Shown: positions 10,075 to 18,116 of the stretch, in pieces | Layout: each line of letters begins with the position of its first letter | Position numbering within the stretch: position 1 is the first letter of the stretch | Source: Geitlerinema sp. PCC 7407 | GTDB lineage: Bacteria; Cyanobacteriota; Cyanobacteriia; PCC-7407 | Assembly: GCF_000317045.1 (NCBI RefSeq) | Contig: NC_019703.1 | Span: forward strand, 3,440,934-3,480,933 | Direction of reading: 5' to 3' | DNA length: 40,000 nucleotides | Notes under the pieces: model-generated | The model's database searches: none | What the model was told of the DNA's origin: nothing | What the model saw: the letters and a program-made list of their open reading frames with translations, nothing else | Position numbers and translations under genes: made by a program

Positions 10075-12210
10075 TTAGGGTTGGGCTAGGAGTTGTTTCA
10101 AATTGCCAGAAAATTCTCTTTCCGCCAATTCATCTTCTGCTTGAGCAGTAGGAGTGGTGAGATGCTTTAGCAACGATTGAAACCGTTTGTAAAAGACATA
10201 GGTATTATGAAACCCACGCCTGCGATTGCGATTATTATTTCTAAAAATTACTACTTCAATTCCAACATCCTGGCAAATCGCGCAATCGCAAACTTTCCAG
10301 GGCTTTTCCTCTAAAACTTCCCGGTATAGAGTCTCATGTGTAGCTCGTCGCTTCGCCTGAGCATCTAGATCAACTTTGCCATCTCGTGGCAGTTCAACCA
10401 GTTCATCGTAGGCTAGCACAGCTTCAAGAGTTGCCTCGACTCCAAGTTTATTCCTGTCGAACTCGCGCAATGCTTTGAGAGCATCTTGCTCTAGCTTGTG
10501 AAGCGTTGGCAAATCAGCGACTCCAGCAGCTACTAGCTTTTTAACCCGCAAACCATTATTTGCAACAGGCGGCACTCGGATCGCTGCGTAGCGTTTCCCC
10601 GTCATCGTATGATAATTTGCTGTTACCCCTAACCAAGCCTGCCGTAACGGGCTTGCCGAATCACAGCTCGTCACTCCCAAGTGCCGAAAGGCAGGGATTG
10701 TATCGATTCGAGCAACACCAAATAGGTGCATTCGCACATGGGATTGAAGGCGTGGGTGTATTGCTTCAAGAATGGGCAGAATTTCGGAGTTTTGGGCACG
10801 CGCCAATCCTCCTAGAGCAATATAGTCATATCCCATTTGAATCAATTCTTGTACCGCTGCTGCATAAGATTCAGGATCCCAACCCTGTGCCACGCCGATT
10901 GGAGTAAATTGATAGCCTCGTTCCTGGTGTTTTCCTAGAAACTCTGCTGCATTTTCAAGTGTTAGTTTGTATCGAAGATCTCGAATGCCTGGAACCGCAA
11001 ATGGACCAACAATAAGGTGATCAATACTGACCCCAAAATCAAAACCAAGGCGTTCATAGTAATCTAAAATTTCATCTGTATTGTAAGGAGGAAGATCCTC
11101 TTTGATATAGCTAAATGCACCGCAATCCCCCATGATCTTTCCAGGGAAACGAACAAATTTATGAACCCCTAGTTCTTCGACTCTATTTCTCTTCGTTTGA
11201 CTTTCATCTATGACAGCTTTAGAGACTAAAACCCCATCATAGTTAGGGGATGGAAAGAAGATTTCATGGGCGTAAACGTCATCAGCATAGGAGTCATGCC
11301 GATTAGATCCAAAGGAATCTGTTAAGAAATTGTACTCAGGATCAACCCGATCATCCCATTCAGGAATAAAGTACTGCATACCCAAGTGAACATTCGGGGC
11401 AGACGGTAAATCGGGGATGGGAATGAATTCACCTTTGTTTTTTTTCGTGGTGACTTGCTTAGGCTTGCTGCTTATTACTAATTGAGGTAGACCTAAATCA
11501 AGTTCAAGTTGAGTCGTTCTATCAATAATTTCCTGAAAACGACAGGGATCTTGGTGAATTTGTTCAAATAGATCAGGTTGCTCTGCCGCAACTAAAGCAA
11601 ATTGTTTGAATAAAAAACCCTTTAACCCTACTGAACCAAAACCGTACTTCTTTGCCTCAGCGTTCGTGAGAGGCAAGACAAATGCTTGAGGATCTGATGT
11701 CTTAATTAAGTTAGAGCAACTCCCTGGAGCTAAGAAAATCCAAGTTTGCTCCTCGTAAAGGGTGAGCGGTAATGAGATTGCTCTTAAATACTTTTCACCT
11801 AGTAGAACAAAAATCAAATCATAGTCAGAAATTATTTTTTCAAGTGATTGATGTATCTTTAATCGTTTTGCCCAGTCATCTATCTCATGCCCTTTCATTG
11901 TGTTGAAAGTGACTTCGTAGGGTGCAATTACACGATCTTCAGGAATCAATCCATAACCTGCTGAGATGATAAATACATCAATTTCAGGCTTCTCTAAAGT
12001 CTTCCGTAGAGTTCGCACACCCTCCATCAATTGGGTATGCTGCATCCCCGTATACATTTCTCCTGCCGGAGCCATAAACTCAGAAAGCTGCTTTTCTCTT
12101 TTGCGGAGTCGAGCAGCGTGCGTAAAATCTTCCTGAGTGAGTTGATTCTCTGGCTTAAATCGCTTTTCCCCGGTACACGATGTAATGATTAAGACACGGG
12201 GGTAGCGCAT
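10075..12210 (-). CDS. dpdA: DpdA-like DNA-guanine transglycosylase (TGT-fold) fused to an N-terminal ~235-aa domain of unknown function
   Basis: 711-aa ORF. From about aa 275 it shows TGT-like features: [25 protein letters not shown]. The TGT zinc motif CxCxxC...H is present as CDCAICQ-(22 aa)-H near the C-terminus. The start overlaps the queC stop by 22 nt. The N-terminal part ([16 protein letters not shown]..., [19 protein letters not shown]) is not TGT-like and is joined by a Lys-rich linker ([15 protein letters not shown]). Confidence 0.75.
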   Translation of the reverse strand: MRYPRVLIITSCTGEKRFKPENQLTQEDFTHAARLRKREKQLSEFMAPAGEMYTGMQHTQLMEGVRTLRKTLEKPEIDVFIISAGYGLIPEDRVIAPYEVTFNTMKGHEIDDWAKRLKIHQSLEKIISDYDLIFVLLGEKYLRAISLPLTLYEEQTWIFLAPGSCSNLIKTSDPQAFVLPLTNAEAKKYGFGSVGLKGFLFKQFALVAAEQPDLFEQIHQDPCRFQEIIDRTTQLELDLGLPQLVISSKPKQVTTKKNKGEFIPIPDLPSAPNVHLGMQYFIPEWDDRVDPEYNFLTDSFGSNRHDSYADDVYAHEIFFPSPNYDGVLVSKAVIDESQTKRNRVEELGVHKFVRFPGKIMGDCGAFSYIKEDLPPYNTDEILDYYERLGFDFGVSIDHLIVGPFAVPGIRDLRYKLTLENAAEFLGKHQERGYQFTPIGVAQGWDPESYAAAVQELIQMGYDYIALGGLARAQNSEILPILEAIHPRLQSHVRMHLFGVARIDTIPAFRHLGVTSCDSASPLRQAWLGVTANYHTMTGKRYAAIRVPPVANNGLRVKKLVAAGVADLPTLHKLEQDALKALREFDRNKLGVEATLEAVLAYDELVELPRDGKVDLDAQAKRRATHETLYREVLEEKPWKVCDCAICQDVGIEVVIFRNNNRNRRRGFHNTYVFYKRFQSLLKHLTTPTAQAEDELAEREFSGNLKQLLAQP

Positions 12211-12911
12211 CGGTTCTCCTGTTCGTACAATTCTCGCCCTACTAACGTTGCCAGATCGGGTCTACCTGCGTCAATCAGGGCACGATCGCGAATCCGGCAA
12301 GAGTCGCACAACCCACAGGGTTCATCCTCGCCTTGATAGCAAGACCAGGTGAGGTGAATCGGAACACCTAGTTGTAACGCACGATGCACGATATCTACTT
12401 TGGAATCCATAACCAGTGGAGCCACAAGCTTAGGGGCATGCCCTTCTAATCCAGTCTTGGAGGAGAGGGTTGCAAGATGCTGGACAGCTTCTAGGTACTC
12501 CGGTCGGCAATCAGGATAGCCAGAATAGTCTACGGCATTGATTCCCAAATAAATTGCTTCGGCTCCTTTGGCTTCAGCCAGGGATAGAGCGATCGCCAAA
12601 AAGACCGTATTCCGCCCCGGCACATAAGTAATGGGAATCACACCAGGCTTCACACCGTCAGTCGGCACATCCACAGCCTGGTCAGTCAAGGCAGAACCGC
12701 CCCACTGCGCCAAATTCACATCCACCACAAAGTGTTCCTTGATCCCCAAATGTTCAGCGACCCGCTTAGCAGCAATGAGTTCGCGATCGTGCCTTTGTCC
12801 GTAATGGAGCGATAGAGCAATCAACTCGTAACCATCAGCGATCGCCTGAGCAGCAGAGGTCGATGAATCCAGACCACCAGACAATAAAACAATAGCTTTG
12901 GGAGCATTCAT
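12189..12911 (-). CDS. queC: 7-cyano-7-deazaguanine (preQ0) synthase QueC
   Basis: 240 aa. N-terminal PP-loop [11 protein letters not shown]-terminal zinc Cys cluster [20 protein letters not shown]. Typical QueC length. Confidence 0.9.
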   Translation of the reverse strand: MNAPKAIVLLSGGLDSSTSAAQAIADGYELIALSLHYGQRHDRELIAAKRVAEHLGIKEHFVVDVNLAQWGGSALTDQAVDVPTDGVKPGVIPITYVPGRNTVFLAIALSLAEAKGAEAIYLGINAVDYSGYPDCRPEYLEAVQHLATLSSKTGLEGHAPKLVAPLVMDSKVDIVHRALQLGVPIHLTWSCYQGEDEPCGLCDSCRIRDRALIDAGRPDLATLVGRELYEQENRCATPVS

Positions 12912-12935
12912 GGTTCACCTCATGGTAAGGGGTCA

Positions 12936-13166
12936 TTAGCTTGGCGATCGCCAGATGGGTTTTACGTCACTTTCAAATTGGTAAAGTTTACGGCAAAGGT
13001 GCCCGATCTCATCACTGCGAGGTTGTCCGCTTTCTCCGAAGGTTTCTTGCTCCATGTCCTCGCTCATTTGGTCATAAGGATCGTCATCCTCGTGGTTGTC
13101 AGCCCAATATTCCAGGGATGCAAGGATGATGGAAAGTTCGCGGGGGGATAGTTCAATTTGAGCCAC
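12936..13166 (-). CDS. Small highly acidic protein, unknown function
   Basis: 76-aa ORF between queE and queC. It has a GTG start preceded by GAGAGGTG 7 nt upstream, and the queE stop lies 14 nt upstream. By my count it has 18 Asp/Glu against 6 Lys/Arg. No family recognised. Confidence 0.5.
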   Translation of the reverse strand: MAQIELSPRELSIILASLEYWADNHEDDDPYDQMSEDMEQETFGESGQPRSDEIGHLCRKLYQFESDVKPIWRSPS

Positions 13167-13180
13167 TAGCTTTCACCTCT

Positions 13181-13819
13181 CTATCGAATGTTGGTGAACT
13201 TATGAGTTTGTAAGCTAATCCGCCATTCGGAATGGCTGAGAACGTACTCGAAGATTAGCGAGTAGCTATCAGGCGTGCCCCATTCCGGTTGGAGCAACTT
13301 AACCGCATGAGTTGGAATTCTGGCACCGTGCTCCTCCGCCCATATCAAATCAGAGCGGTTGGCAACGACAACCTTCAATTCACTGACCTGAGAATAAATA
13401 CTTGCATGAGGAGGTTTAGAGGGCTTAGGAGAGAATGTGACCCAGTCAAAACTGCCACTAAAGGGGTGTGCGCCGGAAGTTTCCAGATGCACTCGCAACC
13501 CTGCGTTTCTCAAACCAGAACTGAGGCAGGAGAGGTCATGCAACAAGGGTTCGCCACCTGTGATCACAACGATCGCCGGATTTGCTGCTTTAGCTTCTGC
13601 AATCAGGTCAGTCGTATGGCGTTGGGGATGGCGATGGGCATTCCACGAATGTTTGGTATCACACCAGGGGCAACCCACGTCGCAGCCTGCCAAGCGAATA
13701 AAGAAAGCATTTGTACCTGTCCACGCTCCCTCACCTTGAACGGAGTGGAAGGTTTCCACCACTGGCAAGACTGCCGAGGCTGTTTTAGCGGTTGAGGTCG
13801 TGGGGATCAGGCTTGTCAC
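13181..13819 (-). CDS. queE: 7-carboxy-7-deazaguanine synthase QueE (radical SAM)
   Basis: 212 aa. It starts ...FHSVQGEG and carries the radical-SAM cluster motif CDVGCPWCDT (CxxxCxxC). Size and context between queD and queC fit QueE. Confidence 0.9.
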   Translation of the reverse strand: MTSLIPTTSTAKTASAVLPVVETFHSVQGEGAWTGTNAFFIRLAGCDVGCPWCDTKHSWNAHRHPQRHTTDLIAEAKAANPAIVVITGGEPLLHDLSCLSSGLRNAGLRVHLETSGAHPFSGSFDWVTFSPKPSKPPHASIYSQVSELKVVVANRSDLIWAEEHGARIPTHAVKLLQPEWGTPDSYSLIFEYVLSHSEWRISLQTHKFTNIR

Positions 13820-13854
13820 AATGTGCTAATTCGTAGATGTCGCAAGGGTTACTC

Positions 13855-14244
13855 CTAGTCGTCTTCGTACTCAGCCCAGGAATTGGGGGTTTCAGACACG
13901 GCGACCTTGAGCTTTACATCTGAGGGCAATTGCTTTTTCGTCTTTTCATGGATGTATTGAGCAATCATCTCAGCAGTCGTTTCATAGCCTTCAGGGAGGA
14001 CTTCGTTCAAAACAGAGTGGTCAAGCCCCCCTTTGAGCAAGTCTTGCTTTGCCCAGCGAAGCGTGCGGAAGTCCGCTACCATAACGGGATGAGGACAGTA
14101 TTCGGAGGTATGAAGCTGGCTAGAAGTTGCTTCAATGCGTACCCGGTAGGTATGCCCGTGCATCCGCCCACAAGGACCGTCATAGTCTCGAATGTAGTGG
14201 GCAGCATCGAAGGTAAATTCAGTCGTCAGTTTCCACTTGGGCAT
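13855..14244 (-). CDS. queD: 6-carboxy-5,6,7,8-tetrahydropterin synthase QueD
   Basis: 129 aa. FDAAH...CGRMHGHTY catalytic Cys/His motif of the PTPS/QueD family. First gene of the que-dpdA block. Confidence 0.9.
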   Translation of the reverse strand: MPKWKLTTEFTFDAAHYIRDYDGPCGRMHGHTYRVRIEATSSQLHTSEYCPHPVMVADFRTLRWAKQDLLKGGLDHSVLNEVLPEGYETTAEMIAQYIHEKTKKQLPSDVKLKVAVSETPNSWAEYEDD

Positions 14245-14562
14245 GGGGAGCTATCCGATCGCTTATAAACCAGTGGATCTTAGATCCATTCCATATCTAG
14301 CGGCACAGGTCTTAAATTTATATCACTTCACCCTAAATATAGAATCAGTGTTAACGAATATTCTAGATGTGCCCTCTCAGTCTTCTCCTGCACGGATCAG
14401 AGTATGAGATGAGTTCTATATTAGTTCATTTGTCCTATAAAAGTTTCTCTTGACTTGCCAAATGGCAAGTTGAATCTAAAAATTTAGGTTTGAAGGAAAA
14501 AGCAGGTATTTCTCCTCCCAAGCTGGTCATGTGCTCCACCGCGCGGAAACTTTCTCCAAGGT

Positions 14563-15303
14563 TTAGAAGGTGCTGAGAGATCTTGAAATCCATATTTCAG
14601 ATAGATAAAAGTCTCCCTGTTGCTCCAATTCATAATCACCTAGCAGCAAGGCTAACCATACTTTGACAAGCGTCATCTGTGGGTCATGCCGCTGTAGTCT
14701 CTGACAGAGTTGGGAAAATGTCACTTTTAACGTGGATGATTGGACCCATTCACCTAGCTCTCGGGAAATTGCCTCTATCCAGGCAGATACGTCCTCGTCG
14801 TGGGCGATCGCCAACATCTCTTGCACCTGTATGAATTCGTCGTCAGGATCCACACAAGCCCGCAATCCACCCTTCTCCCCTTCCCCCGCAATTGAAGCTT
14901 CTGCAACCTCTTGAGAGGATCGCTTGTGTTGACACGGCTTTGGTTGACGTGTCAGTTCAGACAGGTCAAGATGCATGGTCTGCTGTATCAGTTCGTTTAG
15001 CCAATCCTCTGCAATGAGCGGTTCTGCCTCAACATCTGTCTCCTCCCAATCACTCAACCACCGCATTGCTCTTTGGTGATGTAGATCCGCTAACTGGGCG
15101 ATCGCCCATCCACCTAACCTCAGCTGGTCGATTTTCGACATCTGTCGCAGAACGGGTTCCACATTTTGCCACAGTTGATTCAAGTTAGCCTGTTCTGGCT
15201 CAACTAATGCTTGCTCGAACAATTGTCGGATCGCTATTTCTGCCTGAGCAAACATAGGGAAATTCCTTACTTTGCCTTTAAAGGACAGGGTGCGATCGGG
15301 CAC
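14563..15303 (-). CDS. Hypothetical protein (acidic, Trp-rich)
   Basis: 246-aa ORF. A more likely start is the ATG at 15255 (MFAQAEIA...), preceded by AAGGAA and lying 11 nt after the stop of the upstream gene. No motif recognised. Confidence 0.5.
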   Translation of the reverse strand: MPDRTLSFKGKVRNFPMFAQAEIAIRQLFEQALVEPEQANLNQLWQNVEPVLRQMSKIDQLRLGGWAIAQLADLHHQRAMRWLSDWEETDVEAEPLIAEDWLNELIQQTMHLDLSELTRQPKPCQHKRSSQEVAEASIAGEGEKGGLRACVDPDDEFIQVQEMLAIAHDEDVSAWIEAISRELGEWVQSSTLKVTFSQLCQRLQRHDPQMTLVKVWLALLLGDYELEQQGDFYLSEIWISRSLSTF

Positions 15304-15776
15304 TCACAAGGTTCTAGACGGATCGGTGGCTCAAACTCCGTGATGCCGTATCGCTCCTTCAACGTTACCAAAACCTTTTGTAGGTAGGACTTCACCTGCC
15401 CATTGGTCATACCCATGCAATGGATTGGCTCAGTTTCTGCCAGTTTGTCTGACCCTCTCCACACCGTCACGGCTACTGCATGAAGGTGGGCGTCCTTCCT
15501 TGCTTCTCGGTAAAGGTAAAGTAGCCCGATCTCTGGAAACTCAACTGGAACAGCGATTTTATCTGTTTCCGAAACCGTTGGTTCCTGACGTTGAGACGGC
15601 GATCGCTTCCTCCGTCGTTTGGCATTACTTTCAATTCGATGACGGTAGTGCGATCGCCGTCGGTGACAGCGCTTAGGGTTCCAGCAATCATCACCCGACT
15701 CACCGTGAAGTTGTTGAGCCTGGGCGACTGAAAGCTGGCTACAGTGCAGACATTTTGCCTGGGTAGGGCGTGGCAT
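15267..15776 (-). CDS. Hypothetical protein with an N-terminal Cys-rich (zinc-ribbon-like) segment and an Arg-rich tract
   Basis: The ORF is open from 15857, but the ATG at 15776 (MPRPTQAKCLHCSQ...CWNPKRCHRRRSHYRHR) is the likely start. CxxC...CxxxxC followed by a basic stretch suggests nucleic-acid binding. Divergent from the recombinase gene. Confidence 0.5.
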   Translation of the reverse strand: MPRPTQAKCLHCSQLSVAQAQQLHGESGDDCWNPKRCHRRRSHYRHRIESNAKRRRKRSPSQRQEPTVSETDKIAVPVEFPEIGLLYLYREARKDAHLHAVAVTVWRGSDKLAETEPIHCMGMTNGQVKSYLQKVLVTLKERYGITEFEPPIRLEPCECPIAPCPLKAK

Positions 15777-15927
15777 CCGCTTGAACGCTGAAGTACAGGT
15801 TTGTAGCGTTAGTTTTTGTGTAGTACAGATAATTATAGTTATTTGGAGTAGAATCAAGAAAATCTGAGCTGGCTACCGCAAATTGAGCCTTCCAGCGCTG
15901 CTCTATTTCAACAACGGGATCAACACG

Positions 15928-16959
15928 ATGGCTGAAGCTGAGCCAAAATTCTACTTCTACGACAAAACGGCTCTCGAAGCTTCTCCTGTCCCCGCTACTC
16001 CTGTTGATCTCCGATGGCAGCGTGTAGAGGAGTTTTTGCAGAGCCGAGAGTTTGCGCCAAACACTCGGAAGGCTTACGAGCGGGAGTTGCGGCGGTTCGC
16101 TAATTGGACAGAGAAACCTTGGCACGCGATTACTGCTCAAGATGTCGATCGCTTTAAGGCATTTCTCAAAGAGGGGCGATCGCAAGACACAACGACTGAC
16201 AATCCAGGAGCAGGGAAGCCTTTAAAGGCGGCTTCAAGTAAACGTGCTCTGGCGGCACTGCAAAGTTTTTTCAAATGGTTGAGCAGTTGGGATTACATCA
16301 GTAAGAATCCGACCCTTGTAATTGAGAAGCCCAAACTGGAGCCGTTGTTCTCTAAAGAACTGAAAGCTTCTGAAGTCCGAGCTTTACAGGAAGCTCTGGA
16401 AAACCGGGGAGAGACAGAAGCGAGAGACACAGCACTCTTGGCGGTGCTGGAACACGGACTCAGGGCTTCTGAGATTGCGGCACTTAACATTGAAGATTAT
16501 GACGGAGTGAGACTGCTTATTCGACGCGCAAAAGCAGACAGTGTGGGCGCTGTTCCTCTGCTTCAGCCTGCTCGAAGATCCCTGGATGCTTATTTAGGAT
16601 GGCGTTTACGGCAGGGATTACCAGTTACTCCCAATTCTCCGCTATTTCTCTCAACTTCTAATAACAGCAAAGGGCAGCGACTGAGCTATTGGGGAATTTA
16701 CAAAATCATGAAGGATCTGGCACAGACAGCAGGGGTTGAGGACTTTCATCCTCATCGTTTACGGCATACGTTTGGAACAAAGTTAGTGCTGAAAAAGATG
16801 GACAGCACATTGGCACGACAATTAATGCGGCACAAATCTGAGGCAAGCTTTGAGCGATACACTCGACGGGCACTAGAGATTGAGGCAGAGAACCAGTTTT
16901 ACGAGGTCTTTGGTGAAGAACATCCTGACGGGGCGATCCATCATGGATTAAACGAGTAG
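15928..16959 (+). CDS. Tyrosine site-specific recombinase/integrase (XerC/D-like)
   Basis: The ORF runs from a TTG at 15883, but the likely start is the ATG at 15928 (MAEAEPKF...). N-terminal SAM-like core-binding region. Catalytic residues are present in GLRASEIAAL (Arg), HPHRLRHTFGT (His-x-x-Arg) and HKSEASFERYTR (His...Tyr). Confidence 0.85.
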   Translation: MAEAEPKFYFYDKTALEASPVPATPVDLRWQRVEEFLQSREFAPNTRKAYERELRRFANWTEKPWHAITAQDVDRFKAFLKEGRSQDTTTDNPGAGKPLKAASSKRALAALQSFFKWLSSWDYISKNPTLVIEKPKLEPLFSKELKASEVRALQEALENRGETEARDTALLAVLEHGLRASEIAALNIEDYDGVRLLIRRAKADSVGAVPLLQPARRSLDAYLGWRLRQGLPVTPNSPLFLSTSNNSKGQRLSYWGIYKIMKDLAQTAGVEDFHPHRLRHTFGTKLVLKKMDSTLARQLMRHKSEASFERYTRRALEIEAENQFYEVFGEEHPDGAIHHGLNE

Positions 16960-16989
16960 CTCAACGCCAATTCAGCATAGCAGTGACCT

Positions 16990-18055
16990 TTAGACGAGAA
17001 ATGCGTTCCCTACAAAAATCTCGCGATCGCCCTCCTGAATAAACACATAGACAACAGAAGAATCGTTGGGATCAAACCGAACATTAACCAGGTTTCCGAT
17101 GTAGTTTTCTAGCTTGTCCTCTCCCCTATAATGTTGATGGTTGAGTACCAGCAGTCGATGTTTAAAGAGCGTACGAGTACGAACTGGTAGTCGATACAAA
17201 TCAGAGGTTTCGTTCAGCCCTATAGATTGCTTCCGAGAACTTGGCTCCCATCGTTGAGATTGCCCTTGCTCAGTCGTCTTCAGACTTGATTCCTTTTCCC
17301 AGTAATCTGTGATAAAACGCTGAAGCTGTTGGTTCAATTCCTCTGGAGTGAAGGTTCTTAAATTTTGAGGGGATGATTCAGATTGGTTCTGGCGTTTTTT
17401 GCTTAAATATCCAGGTAGTTTTGAAAGCAATTTCCAATCAACATTCTTAAGATTAAACCTGTCATCATCAAAAAATCTCATTTTTAGCTCCATAATGCCA
17501 TTCCTGACTTAACTGAACTCACTTCCAGTAAAGGTGAATCAAAAGTAGACTCACTATCAGTTGTTATTAACTGTGTAGATGTTCCATACCTACTAGAGGG
17601 TATGCATCAATTCTTGTGAAAGCACTGCACCGTATATCATCAGAACTTGAATGCTATACCTGGTTGCATTGCAAAGCTCACAATACATATTGAAAAGAGA
17701 TGAATGGCTACGGCTAACAACTGGCGGCGAAATTACCGCTACTTCCTTGAAATTAGGCGATCAATGCAATTGCTCTAATCAACCAGTTATCATCATCTTA
17801 CAAAGTCCTTTTAGACATAATGCTCATGTCTAAAACTTACTTATTCTTGAAGGACAAATAGTAAGCAATGATTTTCCGAGAATAGACATCAGTAACGGTG
17901 GTTAACCAAGGACGTTCTGGATTCCCCTGCTTGTTGATAATATGAATGTCGATGCCAGAGCCATCAATCTCGACGATTTGGCTATCGTGATTTTTCTCAC
18001 CTTCGTTGCTGTTGTTTGTGTTCATTGTGAAATCAAATGAGTGTGTTGTGTACAA
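16990..18055 (-). pseudogene. Decayed copy of a TnsB-core-only paralogue (two ORF fragments: 18055-17837 and 17493-16990)
   Basis: The 72-aa fragment (..SQIVEIDGSGIDIHIINKQGNPERPWLTTVTDVYSRKIIAYYLSF) aligns with the first DDE aspartate region of TnsB. The 167-aa fragment (..YRGEDKLENYIGNLVNVRFDPNDSSVVYVFIQEGDREIFVGNAFLV) aligns with the TnsB beta-barrel region. The ~340 bp between them, which should encode the second D and the E, has no open frame. Confidence 0.55.
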
Positions 18056-18097
18056 CTGGTTTATCCATAATTAGTAGAACTGTTATGGATAAACCAG
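18056..18097. repeat. Perfect 15-bp inverted repeat with a 12-nt loop
   Basis: CTGGTTTATCCATAA (18056-18070) and TTATGGATAAACCAG (18083-18097) are exact reverse complements. The repeat lies between the intact and decayed TnsB-core genes. No U-run follows on either strand, so it is not a canonical terminator. Confidence 0.7.
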
Positions 18098-18116
18098 ATT
18101 TCATTGCTAAGCTTAG

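Noticed and set aside
12941-14268. Plus-strand ORFs antisense to the small acidic gene, queE and queD
   Set aside because: They overlap genes with clear QueE/QueD signatures on the other strand. Their sequences are unconvincing and rich in Cys/Arg/Pro.
14245-14400. Search for a preQ1 riboswitch in the queD leader
   Set aside because: The minus-strand leader contains GAGAGGGCACAUCUAGAAU, but it lacks the complementary ACCCUCU and the A-rich tail of preQ1-I aptamers.
15739-16185. 148-aa minus-strand ORF overlapping the start of the recombinase gene
   Set aside because: It overlaps both the recombinase N-terminus and the divergent promoter region. The recombinase frame carries the recognisable motifs.
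17651-17833. 60-aa plus-strand ORF within the decayed TnsB-core gene
   Set aside because: It lies in the degraded middle of the pseudogene on the opposite strand and has no signals.
18049-18054. TGTACA next to the 15-bp inverted repeat, with weak similarity of 18023-18054 to the terminal repeat of the real end
   Set aside because: About 13 of 25 positions match. The sequence overlaps the homologous N-terminal coding region (MNTNNSN) of the decayed TnsB-core gene. No further repeats are seen.
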